A stretch of 64,000 nucleotides of DNA from Amphiscolops sp. MND2022. Its lineage: Eukaryota. Within the stretch, counting starts at the first letter, position 1; each line of letters begins with the position of its first letter. The position numbers and the translations under genes were made by a program. A model generated the notes under the pieces. That model ran no database searches and was not told where the DNA came from. It was given only the letters and a program-made list of their open reading frames with translations. The stretch spans positions 23,064,001 through 23,128,000 of the forward strand of contig OZ076411.1 of NCBI GenBank assembly GCA_964187785.1, written 5' to 3'. Below, one piece after another: positions 38,401-49,644 of the stretch.

Positions 38401-41400
38401 GACGTGGATGCTTCAGTGGTTACTGCTGATTACACTGAAGACTTCGAAGTCACCAAGGATGGATACTCGAAAACTACATCAGCTGTTGAAGATGTGCAGA
38501 AGAAAGGTTCGGTTCATTGGAATAATTTTATTTAAACTTACGCTAGAATTTCAGTTCTTTGAATCTAGGCAGTCGGGATGTCGTGTGAGATTTTCAGAAC
38601 GGTTGGTTTCGAACCAACGCCATTGGTAAGGTATATATTGTTGTTTTTTGGCAATTTGTTGATGAATCAGACACTAATACAATTTTTTGATAGATTAATA
38701 GTAGACTCTTATACAATACCAAATGTGCAAATAATGATTTAAAGATATTCTTGACGCATTTTAAGTCGAGTTGCCTCTCCAAAGTTGAAATGTTTCGAAT
38801 CGAAAATTGCTTTGAAAAATATTTAGAGTAGAATTATTAAGAATCTAATTATACAGGATCGAAATTGATCATTTCATTATAAATTTAGAATGCAAAATTG
38901 CTTGAATGACTCGGCCTTTCTCCTTCCGAGGCGATTTGCTCCCCTACACGCCCGCCTTCGTCAAAACCTGCCTTTGGCTAAGTAGCGGCACGTCACTCCG
39001 CTTCGCTTCTGCACTATATGGGTATGGTGTAATAGTTATAAAATTTTCACCTGTTTCGATCCTCGACAAAATCAAGTCGCAATTCGATCCTAGATAATTT
39101 TGCTAACGTTTCAATCCGACATAATTCGACTCTGCTCAGCAATTAGATTGGTTGTTGATTTAATTTATTCAGAGTATTGTTCTTCGGTTTCAATAACAGC
39201 ATTCGTCGCAAAGTTCGCTTTTTGAAAAAAAACTAAACTATTGAGTGTGCGAGTATTAGAGCATTCGACTTTTGTACGTTTAAGGCACGAGTGGCAAATT
39301 AAGTTCGCGATCAGCAAAGGCGAAGGATCCGACTGCTAGAAGACCCGACTCCCCCTCGAAAGAGAATTCAGAAAGTGGATTATGGAGTGTAGCGTCAGCC
39401 GAGGACGTTGAGTTTTCAGAGGAGATGCTGAAGCAGTACCTTCGTGAAGAGGAGAGAAGGGCCCAGCACCAAGCAGCCCTCATAAAGTTGAGGGAGAAGG
39501 CGATCAAAGAGAAGGCCAGCGCTGAGATGGATTATTTGGATCAGTTGAAGTTGAAGAACAAGGGAGACGCGGAACGAATGACTACCATTAAGAAGAGACA
39601 ACGGGCTGTGGTCATCAAGTTGCAAGAAGAGCAAGTACGTCATTCTTTTGCCCTCTTAACTTACCAGAAGTGGAGTGGTCTGATTGCATGTAAGTTGCAC
39701 CCGAAGGATTGTCCTCCTCAGGACAGCCCTTCCTCGTGAATGATAGCGCTAATGGATGACTCCACATTGGTTCCACTAATAGATTTAATCCCATACTCAT
39801 AGGTGGAAAGAGCCTTCTTTACATCTGGTAGCAATTTATGGTTCATATTGAATTTATAAGTTAATCTGGAAAATATCGTCATAGTTTTTGTTTGAACGAA
39901 TTTAGTCAAATTGTTTTTCAGAAGTATATTCAGATTTTTATTTTGTCTTTTGTGCTTATAATATGGATCACACCCAGTGTTCTATTCTCGTGACTGGTTC
40001 AGATAATTTGTCTGGGCCTATTTGCAAAATTTTCTCCATCGATTCCGCTAACTGAATAAGAATAAGTGTATGTACGGGTGATGATAAAGATCTAAAAATT
40101 TAGTTGCTTCCAACGCTGTGTTCGAAATGCTCTGATGACTCGTCAGCGTTTGTTGCGTTAGCCCCAACTGCTCTACATTTCAATAACAGTAAAAGTATAT
40201 AATCAGGTGTTTCCCGTTCCATTCTTCAGAATAATCATAGCGATGTTAAAAGCGATGAATTGATTAAAACCACACTGTTTAAGCTCAAATATAAATGTAG
40301 CGTCCTTTTGGTATACTGAATTCTTGGACGAAGAAATACTTCTTATTCTCCGTATATTTCTTGTATCAGTCTTGTCGTTATTCGGTTTTTTCTCGAATAT
40401 TTGCAAGTTCGAATTTCGGTTTGCGAAGTTAGCTCATGGCTGTGAAGTATTTGCCATGGCTGAAGACAAACGCTGTTCTATGGCTCTACGTAGCACCAAT
40501 TGAAAGGGTTTCGTGTTGAATTTGATCAATGTCTTGTCTATTGAATTCTCGTGAATCTCAGCTCATCAGACGAAGTTCTGATGACTCCGAGTAAGGTGAT
40601 GTCAACTGAACCGAAACATTTATTTAGTCTCGAAACCTTCGTTTCGATTTCGCCCGTTGACTTTTATATTCATCCATATCAATGTCATTAACAGGCTGAA
40701 TTGAGACGTCTGGAGCTGGCGAACAAAGCGGGTTATCAGCAACGACAACTTCTGCTTGTTCAGCAAAGAGAGATTGCGAAAATGCGCAACAACACACTGC
40801 AGCTGAAGAACAAAATCAAGCAATTGGAGTCAGCTGCTATTTTTGAAGAGGGTCTTGACGTACGTTGCATTATTGTTTTTCTGAAATCTTCCGAAAAAGC
40901 GCTGGTTTTTTAAAAGAAAAATTCTAAAAACTTGCAATATTTTGCCCTTTTTCTGGTAGAACTTTGTGAAGCTTCAAATTTGTACTAAAGTGTCAATGAA
41001 GTGCTTGTTCAGAGCGTTTCTGTGAGTGGTAAAAGAACAGGAGTGCCCTCCAGCTACTTGAAGAGCAGTAAGATAAAAGAGTTGAAGAAAGAATTGGTTG
41101 AAGAAGAAAGAAGGTTGTCGAGTCTGGAGAAGAACACAGCCTCTTCCTCTGAGGTGAACATTGGGAAGAGTGGCGGCCCCAGAAAGGGAGCGGCAGAAGC
41201 CAATGACGTCCGAAGTGATAGTAGCTCCATTGTGGAAGACATAGATAACAAGTCCAATGTTGCATCTAAGAGGGGCTCACAGCCAAATGCAGCTCTAGAC
41301 TCCAGTGTCACCACCAATAGGTTACTAGAATATATGCGTAGCGTCTATTTTTTGAACCGAGTTTGTTTACGTTGCCAGTGATTAGGATGCGCGCTTCCCG

Positions 41401-44400
41401 AACAGACGGCCGCTGATTCGGTGTCTGCCGAGGACTACATATTTTTGCAAACCTTAACGTCAAAGGGTCCCCTTTGCGTTTTTTTCGGCACTGTCCTACT
41501 TTGAAAAGTCTCCCTTTTAAAAATTTTGGAAAACTGATGTATTTCTGAAACTTCATAAAAACATTTTGACATATTTGAAAGACTGTGCGTTTCGAGTCTT
41601 ATGCGGGCGCCGACTTTGGGCGTTCCGGCCTTGTTATGAAATATCGGTGTATATTGGACTGGCCAATTTAGAAAGAAGTACCAATCCGGTGCATTATCGA
41701 TATTAAACGCTCGAAGTCAAATTCCTTAGTCAAATTCAAACCTGGCAATCGCAAAAAAAATCTGTAATTTATTTACTTACCTAACTCTTTTTGCAGTTAG
41801 GGGAGCCACTTTTGATGACGTAAAGTCAACAAATGTCTACAAATCAATCAAGGGCTCCGCCGGTATTCCAATAGAAATGCGCGAGGGCAATCACCGCCTA
41901 CTACAAAGCTCATAGTCCCAAGATTTGAATACTTTCAGTCAAAATTTATATTCAATTGCTCCGATGAATCTGTTTGGAATGGGATGATTTACTTCAAGTT
42001 TTTATGGATTGATTTTATCTCGGTTATGGAAATGATAAATGAACTTGCTAGAAAAAAAGTAGGATTTCATACATTCATACTGCCTGGCTAATTTTGTTCG
42101 TAATAAATCCAGAGAAGTGTAAGGGATTTTAAGAACTGCCCATTTCTCCGATTTGGTTAGTTTTAGTCAGTATTATTACATATTATATCACAGGTCAAAA
42201 TGATGAAAACAGCGCACATGCTTTAGTTGAAACTAGCTCAAATCTGGCTGTTATTGTTACCTTGTTCTTCTGTAACTCAAAAATCAAGAAGAATTTATTC
42301 AATTGAACAAGCCGGGACCGGCCCAAGTCGGCGCCATATCCAAGGCTCAAAAATAGCAAAAAGACTTCCAAGTGTCAAGTACTCTTTTACAGTACTCGAA
42401 AATCGAAATTTTTTGAAATTTTTCGAAAAAATTACATACCCAAAAAATGGACCGAGTGGCGCGCTAAAGTCTCACAATGCCGAAAAACTGAAAGGGGGAC
42501 CCTTTGAGGTTTTTCAACATCCATTCTATCGCAAAACATGAAAAAATTGAAGAAAACAAAAATTTTCATTTTCGGGAAAAAAATCTCACAATGCCGAAAA
42601 AAACTGAAAGGGGGGACCCTTTGGGATTTTTCAACATCCATTCTGTCGCAAAACATCAAAAAATGTAGGGGGGACCCTTTGGGGAAATTTTTTTCGAAAA
42701 AAAAGTCTCGCAGTGCCGAAAAAAATGAAAGGGGGGAGTCTTTGGTCTCGCCCGGTATGGTATGTTACGCGGAAAAACAGGAAAAACCTTTTTGGTTCAG
42801 TTCGCTAGACCAAATAGTGCATTTTGATGCAATAATATTTTGTAGAACTTTTGTAGAACTATTTTGGTCAGTTCGTGTGGATAGAAAAAAAAGAGTCACT
42901 ATAATAGTCGCGTTTCACTTCATGAAGCGCCGACTAAAAAAATGGGTTTAGTTTCTTATTCGTATTTTAGATATTATAGTTGTTTGTAGCACCCAATTGG
43001 GCCCCTGCCCTTTTCAACTGTAATGAACCAAATTTATATATGAAAGAATTATATATTCCCCGGACTTTAATTTGCTCGTGAAAGAAGTTCGGATTCTCCG
43101 TTATCTTTACTCACAATTTTTTTTAAAGTTTGTGCGTTACCCATTTGATAATGACCATTCGGAAAGAAATATCATTTTGAAAAGTCCCGCTCAACGATCG
43201 TTTGACATGAAATATCTTCAATTTACAAGTATCTAAATTGAGAAATTGTAATATTTTTTTTTCCTCTCCAGAAGTCTATCAGAAGTAGACGAATATGGGT
43301 CGTCCCAAGCGAGGTTGCCAGCTTCAATCATATCATCGCCCCGATCCCTACTTAGCAACAGTCACATGGGCAAGATCAAACTGTCTCCTCGCACCAAGTC
43401 ACCAATCTTACCATCTGCCCAGGGTTAGTTTTTCAAACTCACCTCTTTAAATATTAAATGCTTGTACAGTTTGAAGACTTCATGTACTGTGATTAATCTC
43501 AAATAAATCTGATACAAATGACGTCTAAATATTTGCAAGTTTTGCCTGAAAAGTAATGGATGCCTTGCTAATTTTTGTTGCCCATTACTAATGATTTGTT
43601 TGCTAAACAGCTGCAGCTAATGCCTTAAGGATTCGTCGCCGGAGACGTTTGTCTTCCGGCGCTGATTACGACGAATCCTTTAATTCTGGTAAGTTTATCT
43701 CTACATGTTCATAGCTATTCTGTATTTGCGTGCTGTAGTTCAGAGTGATGCTTGATTTTTCCCTGAAGTTTCCATGAGTATAATTTTATATCTTGGTTAC
43801 CTTCATTCAATTTCATTGTCCAATGTTTTAGTATTTTTCACTTTTCTTGGTATGTTTCCGTAAAGTGGATTTTTCGCAATACAAGTTCAATTGAGAATTT
43901 TTATTTATTGAGATGCTTCTCAATAGAAATGGCGTTGAAATATTTGTCATTTAATGTTTTGGAGAATTATAATAAATTGTTTTTGTTGACGGAGCGCCAT
44001 ATTTTTAGTTGGCGCTTCATGAAGTGAAACGCGACTATTATAGTAACCTTTTTTTTCAATCCACACAAACTGACCAAAATAGTTCTACAAAAGTTCTACG
44101 AAATTTTACGGTGTCAAATTGAACCATTTGGCCTAGCGAACTGAACCAAAAAGGTTTTTCCTGTTTTTCTGTGAACATACAGTACCAGACTAAAGTCTCC
44201 CCTTTCATTTTTTTCGGCATTGTGAGACTTTTTTTGAAAGTTTTTTCCTCAAAGGGTCCCCCCTTCAATTTTTTGATGTTTGGCGACAGAGTGGATATTG
44301 AAAAATCCTAAAGGGTCCCCCTTCTAGTTTTTTCGGCATTGAGACTTTTTTTCAAAAATTTTTCCCCAAAGGGCCCCCCTCTGTGTTTTCGGCGTTATGA

Positions 44401-47400
44401 GACTTTTTCGGCGCGCCAATTCGCTCCTCATTTTGGGTTTTTCAGGTACTGTAAAAGAATACTTGACACTTTGAAGTCCTTTTGCTATTTTTGAGCCTTA
44501 GATATGGCGCCGACTTATGCCGTTCCCGGCTTGTTTTTAGTTATGCTGACTCATACAAAAAACAGATGCTGGCATTTATAAGAGAAAATTCCTGTTTTGT
44601 TTTCAGCAGTTTAATTCCAGGTCAAGTTTTTTATTGTTAGTCCCGAAAGTCTTTTTAGTCGGCGTTTTCGAAGAAAATCCCGACTCTTACAGTGGTTAGT
44701 TTTTTTTCGTCAGTTCAACGCGTAACGTCCACTTTTTGTGCATTAATCCAATTAATGCACATTTACCAACTTTTACCATATATACTTAGTACTTCATTTT
44801 CAACGCATCCAAAGCGTCTAACATGAGATAAAAAGCGTCCCCCCTTTTACATTTTTCGGCACTATGCGACTTACCGGAAACTTCGAAAAAAAATTCAAAA
44901 AATCGGAATTTTTTTCTCAATTTTTAGTTTTTTGAGAGCTTTTGTTGTCTCCAGTTGTAGAAAAAGTGGTTTTCGAGTCTTTTTGAGCCTTAGATATGGC
45001 GCCGACTTGGCCGTTCCCGGCTTGTTATGATCTAATTATATGGAACTGTTGGTAATTATTCCTTTTAAATTTTCAAGTGACCGTTTTTCAGTTGCCGACT
45101 TTCCGTCCTTCCGATCAAGTTATCCCGAAACTACACTTGAATTTAAAATTCATTTCTATTGAGAGTTGTGTAGTCCGAAAATTGTTTTTTGCTGCGTGAT
45201 TTTTTAAAAGTTTGAGAGCATTTTGAATGATCTTTCATGAAATTCAAGAGTCCTTTGATCATGCATAGTTGATGATGTTGTTCAAAATAGTTAAAAAAAC
45301 GACTATTGTAGATATTGCCCCAACATCGTCCTACTCGGATGCTAGCGACATAGAAGGGCGAATTCAGGCTCTGAAGGAAGACCTTCGCAAGCGCAAAGAA
45401 GAAGCAGAGAGACTGAGGCAATTGAAAAAGGGCAAGAAGTCTAGGGACCGTGAGCATGCAAGACTGCAGGAAGAAAGTATACGAAAGCAGCTCAAAGTGA
45501 GTAATTACACTTGGTTTCCTGACAAAACCTAGAAAATAAATTCGTTGTATTTAGAACTTTATTTTTATCAAATTTTTTGAACTGTTTTTGAATTTGCTTT
45601 TTCGTTTTTTTTTACATCCATATTTTTCATCAAAAAAACTTCATTAGGACCGTGCTCATCGAAACTTGAGGTCGGTAGGTTGATAATGTTTAATGTGTTC
45701 ATATTGCACGAAGGGTAGGCGGGGGGAACTTTTTTGGTGTCTATACGCACCAAGCTTCAGAGCCTCCTTGCAGTGTCAGTAACGGTCATTAAGAATAAAT
45801 ATTAAAATATCCTCAAGTGGAGGAGAATTTATAAATTAGGTTGTCGTATCATTTTGAATTTAACTTGAGTTCTAGAGTTTTTTAAAAAGTCCTTTGAAAT
45901 GTTAATTGATTCATGTAAATCGTGGTCATACTTGAGTCAATAGTCAATTTATGTACGATTTTCAGTACTATGAAGACTACATTGAGAAAACGACTGCAGA
46001 GTTGGAAAAAGCTGATTCTGAAGTTGCTCAGAAGGCCGAGAAGGGAGATAAATATGCAAAACCTGTCATCAAAACTCCGTCTGCAAAATCTTCAGTTTCA
46101 TCGTCGTCCGGTTCTTTCTTGAAACCAAGCGATTCTGAGCCGGAAGCTGTTAAGAGTATTGCAAATGACGTTGAAAGATATAGCGAGGCGCGTTCTGAAA
46201 GCGTGGAGCCTGAAAAAGTTCCGTCTGTAATACGTTCCAAAGGAGAGTCCGATTATGACGAGTCAAAAACGAAGGAATCAGAATTTGATGAGAAAGTCAA
46301 AGAACAAGATGATGACGAGAAAGCTAAAACAATCGACGATGCATCAATTGTCGAAAGCATTGACCATGAATCAAATAGCAGTACTTTGGAAGAAGATGTT
46401 TCTCAGCCACTCTCGAAAGCTCAAACACAAGAGTCTGATGCAACGCCTTTGGGATCACCCCGGGCGTCAACTCCAGTCATGTCGAAAGAATCAACTCCGG
46501 TTATGTCGAAAGAAATGGAAGTCAACGAGACTTCCGAGTCTCTAAATATCGACGTCCAGTCCATTCATTCGGTGCCCGAAGAAAACATTCGCTCTTCAAT
46601 TCATTCGTTGCATGACGACAATACGAGCTTGAAAGACTCCACTGCGCCTATCTCCGACGACGAAAGCCTCCGCAAATCTGATCGCGAAGACTTCCACATA
46701 CTAGCTGATCCTGACCCGTCCATAATCGTGGGATCTAAAGTTTTCGTTGATGAAAACAAAATTGGTTTTGTTAAATTTAAAAATCAAGTAAAGGACAAGT
46801 ATTTCATTGGCATCGAGCTGGAAAATCACTCTGAGCCACATGATTTGCGATGTGATGATTTCTTCAAATGCGACAAGGGATCCGGAATATTGACCGCAGA
46901 CTTCGATCGGGTGTCTATTTTCAAGGAGCCAATTGTTGAGCAACCCCTGGAAACCAGTGTGGCTCCTGACACTAATAAAGAAGAAGTGTCTTATGTCGGG
47001 GATGGTGATTACTCTCTGGACTTTGACGAGAAGACAACTGCAACAGCTACTACTCCCAGAGTTCTGGCATCTGTGCATTCGATAAAGGAAGAGATATCGT
47101 TTGAGGAAAATGATGACGTCAGCTCGGAAAGCAGCAGCATTGCAGTGAGAAGTATTCACGCTGACGTAATCACAGAGCCTGAAAAAAGTGAAATTGAAAA
47201 GAGCGAACAAAGTGACACTGAAAGGAGCGAAAAAAATGAATCAGAAAAAAGTGAACTCGAAAAGAGCGAAATTGAGAAGAGTGAACTCGAAAAGAGCGAA
47301 ATTGAGAAGAGTGAACTCGAAAAGAGCGAAATTGAGAAGAGTGAACTCGAAAAGAGCGAAATTGAGAAGAGTGAACGAAGCAAAACGGAAAGTAAAATAC

Positions 47401-48878
47401 CCGAGGTCGAAGATTCCGATAAAGAAGATCTGTCTGTTTCGTTTTCTGTTCACGAGGTCGACACTGTAAATGTTGCCGAAATAATTGAAACAGTTGAGCC
47501 TACAGGTCAAGCCGGTGTAGCAGAACCAGAGGTTTGCTCTGTATTGGATGAGAAGACGGACAATTCAGAAAAGAAAGATTCCTTAGAGGTGTCGTCAGAA
47601 GAACCTCCTGTTGTTCGCTTGGATCCAATCTTTAGCGAGGAAGATGCGGATGCTTGTTGTAATCAAGTATTCGATTCTGTATTTGAAGAAATCATGGACG
47701 AAGTCTTTGAAGACAGAGAGCTCCATATTGGCTTTGTGAATGACCTTAGTGAAGAAATGTCAAAAGAATTTATGGAGAAAGCTCTCGTTGATACCATGGA
47801 ATGTCGGGAAACAAAGCGATTAAAATTAGAAAACAAAAACATCTTGCCGCCTTTATTTTTGGACGAAGAACCTGCTGGAGAAGTGGATAAAAGCCCATCG
47901 CCAGTTTTGGACGGGGAGATTTTGGATACAAAAGACGAGGAATCATCGGTGTCTGGGATAATTCCGGATGTTCCTGAAAAACAGGCGTCTCCTCAATCTC
48001 AAATCCCCGAGAGTTCACCTCCAATGAGTCCTACTCTTGGTCTCACGGGCGAATTCATTGACGATGACTTCGGGTTATCTTCTGGACCAGTTGGAGAACC
48101 CAGTGACAGAGATGGACCTATTGTTCCTCCGATTGATATCAGTGAAATTACCTCAGCTCCTGAAGTGGGTATCCAAAAGCCTGAACTTCCGTCGTCTGGA
48201 ATCTCAGTTGAAGAAGCAGCTTTGAGTGCAAGATTGTCTGTACACGCAGAGAGAATCGCTTCTCTAGTAGAACCTCAAATTTTTGTTCCTTCGAAACCGG
48301 AAGAAATGAAGAACCTATCAAATACATTCAGTTCTTACTTTTTTGAGCAAAGAAATAAAGGATGTGATCTTGCAGAAGTTAAAATTCCATTGGAACTTCT
48401 GGGGTCTGAATCAGTGGCTAATGATGATGTTTCTAGATGCAAAAAGTATTTCAAGTCTATGCTTTTCGAGTTGGTTCGAGAGATTGTAATGGACGTGTAT
48501 GCCACAGAACCGCCAGTATCTCATAGCTGGATGAAACCGAAACTGGCCAAGAAAGTACATTATCATGGCTTGCGTCCGAAGTCAGTGGAGTTTTTGAATG
48601 AAATTGTAGAGAAAAAGGTGATGAATTTGATCAATCTTAGTGTTCGACCTCAACACAGATCACAGACGTTAAAGTTTGGGCATAAACGACGAGACCTTGT
48701 TGATAAGATCCTGATTCAAGAACTGAGAGAAGAAGAAAGTCAATGGGTTGATTACAACAACGACGAACTCAATGTGAAGATGCAATTAACTGATGCTATT
48801 TTTGATTCCTTGATCGAAGATACAGTGAATGTTTTGAACACAATCCAAAGCAAGCATTCTAATCAATCTGTGATGTAA
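29267..48878 (+). CDS. CEP350: Centrosome-associated protein 350 orthologue, spliced (18 exons identified, about 2,900 aa)
   Basis: All junctions are GT-AG and phase-consistent. CEP350-like blocks: VRKVTQGPPPPNYKGF; YDTDSVRQYM; RFSPATLEQKLLSELNFLES...QQETVALSQILKARQ; MLKQYLREEERRAQHQAALIKLREKAIKEK; SDASDIEGRIQALKEDLRKRK; CAP-Gly-like domain; C-terminal RDLVDKILIQELREEESQWVDYNNDELNVKMQLTDAIFDSL. Confidence 0.92.
29500..29553 (+). CDS. CEP350: CEP350 exon (GFSKIEDLNSVHLKPTSS)
   Basis: tttcag| ... G|gtgagt; completes the YKGF motif. Confidence 0.8.
30537..30779 (+). CDS. CEP350: CEP350 exon
   Basis: ttttag| ... G|gtagat; PPPVVRKVAAY. Confidence 0.75.
31224..31436 (+). CDS. CEP350: CEP350 exon
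   Basis: tcacag| ... G|gttagc; phase 1 to phase 1. Confidence 0.75.
31664..32130 (+). CDS. CEP350: CEP350 exon (coiled coil, YDTDSVRQYM)
   Basis: ttttag| ... |gtttga. Confidence 0.85.
32375..33038 (+). CDS. CEP350: CEP350 exon
   Basis: caacag| ... A|gtaagt; within ORF 32357-33046. Confidence 0.8.
33389..33826 (+). CDS. CEP350: CEP350 exon
   Basis: ttctag| ... G|gttaga. Confidence 0.75.
34724..34956 (+). CDS. CEP350: CEP350 exon
   Basis: tttcag| ... |gtaagt. Confidence 0.75.
35105..35398 (-). mobile_element. HINE-like family, partial intronic copy with tRNA B-box-like motif
   Basis: Reverse complement of the family end hairpin at 35110-35145; gggttcgattctcgcac at about 35255. Confidence 0.65.
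36088..36172 (+). CDS. CEP350: CEP350 exon
   Basis: ttttag| ... G|gtattg; its phase bridges the neighbouring exons. Confidence 0.7.
36255..36458 (+). CDS. CEP350: CEP350 exon (GDPFSVINIY)
   Basis: ttctag| ... G|gtaagt. Confidence 0.8.
36608..38506 (+). CDS. CEP350: CEP350 large central exon
   Basis: tttcag| ... G|gttcgg; RFSPATLEQKLLSEL block. Confidence 0.88.
39285..39634 (+). CDS. CEP350: CEP350 exon (MLKQYLREEERR)
   Basis: tttaag| ... |gtacgt. Confidence 0.85.
40695..40859 (+). CDS. CEP350: CEP350 exon (AELRRLELANK)
   Basis: taacag| ... |gtacgt. Confidence 0.85.
41013..41320 (+). CDS. CEP350: CEP350 exon
   Basis: gttcag| ... AG|gttact; phase 2 matches the acceptor at 43272. Confidence 0.7.
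41395..41635 (-). mobile_element. HINE-like family, degenerate intronic copy
   Basis: Ends gcgccgactttgggcgttccggccttgtt, the reverse complement of the family start. Confidence 0.55.
42306..42942 (+). mobile_element. HINE-like family, complete intronic copy
   Basis: aacaagccgggaccggcccaagtcggcgcc ... atagtcgcgtttcacttcatgaagcgccgactaaaaa. Confidence 0.75.
43272..43423 (+). CDS. CEP350: CEP350 exon (SLSEVDEYG)
   Basis: ctccag| ... G|gttagt. Confidence 0.75.
43611..43688 (+). CDS. CEP350: CEP350 exon (LRIRRRRRLSSG)
   Basis: aaacag| ... G|gtaagt. Confidence 0.8.
44002..44535 (-). mobile_element. HINE-like family, complete intronic copy, inverted relative to 42306-42942
   Basis: tttttagttggcgcttcatgaagtgaaacgcgactat ... 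gccgttcccggcttgtt. Confidence 0.75.
44652..45026 (-). mobile_element. HINE-like family, intronic copy
   Basis: tttttagtcggcg ... ggcgccgacttggccgttcccggcttgtt. Confidence 0.7.
45312..45496 (+). CDS. CEP350: CEP350 exon (SDASDIEGRIQALKE)
   Basis: ttgtag| ... |gtgagt. Confidence 0.88.
45966..48878 (+). CDS. CEP350: CEP350 terminal exon (acidic region, CAP-Gly-like domain, conserved C-terminus)
   Basis: tttcag|TAC TAT GAA...; open to TAA at 48878. Confidence 0.93.
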   Translation, partial: YYEDYIEKTTAELEKADSEVAQKAEKGDKYAKPVIKTPSAKSSVSSSSGSFLKPSDSEPEAVKSIANDVERYSEARSESVEPEKVPSVIRSKGESDYDESKTKESEFDEKVKEQDDDEKAKTIDDASIVESIDHESNSSTLEEDVSQPLSKAQTQESDATPLGSPRASTPVMSKESTPVMSKEMEVNETSESLNIDVQSIHSVPEENIRSSIHSLHDDNTSLKDSTAPISDDESLRKSDREDFHILADPDPSIIVGSKVFVDENKIGFVKFKNQVKDKYFIGIELENHSEPHDLRCDDFFKCDKGSGILTADFDRVSIFKEPIVEQPLETSVAPDTNKEEVSYVGDGDYSLDFDEKTTATATTPRVLASVHSIKEEISFEENDDVSSESSSIAVRSIHADVITEPEKSEIEKSEQSDTERSEKNESEKSELEKSEIEKSELEKSEIEKSELEKSEIEKSELEKSEIEKSERSKTESKIPEVEDSDKEDLSVSFSVHEVDTVNVAEIIETVEPTGQAGVAEPEVCSVLDEKTDNSEKKDSLEVSSEEPPVVRLDPIFSEEDADACCNQVFDSVFEEIMDEVFEDRELHIGFVNDLSEEMSKEFMEKALVDTMECRETKRLKLENKNILPPLFLDEEPAGEVDKSPSPVLDGEILDTKDEESSVSGIIPDVPEKQASPQSQIPESSPPMSPTLGLTGEFIDDDFGLSSGPVGEPSDRDGPIVPPIDISEITSAPEVGIQKPELPSSGISVEEAALSARLSVHAERIASLVEPQIFVPSKPEEMKNLSNTFSSYFFEQRNKGCDLAEVKIPLELLGSESVANDDVSRCKKYFKSMLFELVREIVMDVYATEPPVSHSWMKPKLAKKVHYHGLRPKSVEFLNEIVEKKVMNLINLSVRPQHRSQTLKFGHKRRDLVDKILIQELREEESQWVDYNNDELNVKMQLTDAIFDSLIEDTVNVLNTIQSKHSNQSVM
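47244..47378 (+). repeat. Coding 15-bp tandem repeat with 30-bp higher-order unit (EKSEI/EKSEL)
   Basis: (gaaaagagcgaaatt gagaagagtgaactc) x4 from 47259, the last unit variant; degenerate units extend back to 47181. Confidence 0.95.
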
Positions 48879-49644
48879 CAACGTTGACAATTGTCATTGA
48901 GGGAAAGTGAGTTTTGATGCTCTTCCGATTTCGTTGCGCTGATTGCATTGTTTCAAGCAATGCATTGTTTCATGATGTCATCATGATGTACAACACTTCT
49001 GCTGCTGCTGTGTACCTGCTAGTTTTAAATTCAAGTTCAACTTTGCCATAAACAAATGTGATTGGGTTTCAAGTGCCCTCCTCCCGAAGACGCTTTGATG
49101 GGTGTGCTGTATCGACAGTCTTGCCTCATAATTCTTTTTACTAATTTTTACCTCAGTTTTCCTCAGTATCTAGTATTCCAACAGTGCTCCCAGGACTTGA
49201 TATTGCTCCAGCTTTCACATAGTCCTATATCGTATCACTCACATTTTTGTGTCATTGGCTTCTTGATTTTGTAAATACAATTGTAAATATGCAGAATTTC
49301 ATTCAATTTCCTTTTACCTAAAATCCAATTTAGATTTTCCTTATGTTTTTTTTTCATATGTGGAAACTAGAAAGTCAGCATCTTTGGACCAAATGGTTTT
49401 TATCAAAATGTTATTCATATTTTAGCGATAAAACTTTCAAATATGGAAAATATTCAACATTTTGCGTTGAAAGGGTCCGAAAAGATTCGACGTACGATCA
49501 CCCTTTTGAAGAATATTGAATTATTGTTTCAGAAAAAACTCGAATCTGAGAAGAGTATCTAATTGAATGATGTTAATCCTTTCCTTACACCTGAGATAAA
49601 AACAAAACCTGGTTGAAGAGTAGGTTCAGAAATACGATGATCTA

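Noticed and set aside
40100-40620. ctgatga motifs and a weak Penelope-like peptide (IRRIRSISS) in a CEP350 intron
   Set aside because: No helix II followed by GAAA at proper spacing; peptide similarity is marginal.
42227-42951. ORFs of 104-137 aa in repeat copies (also 1107-1472, 52716-53206, 57667-58620, 63660-63941)
   Set aside because: K/F-rich translations of the non-coding HINE-like family, with no protein motifs.
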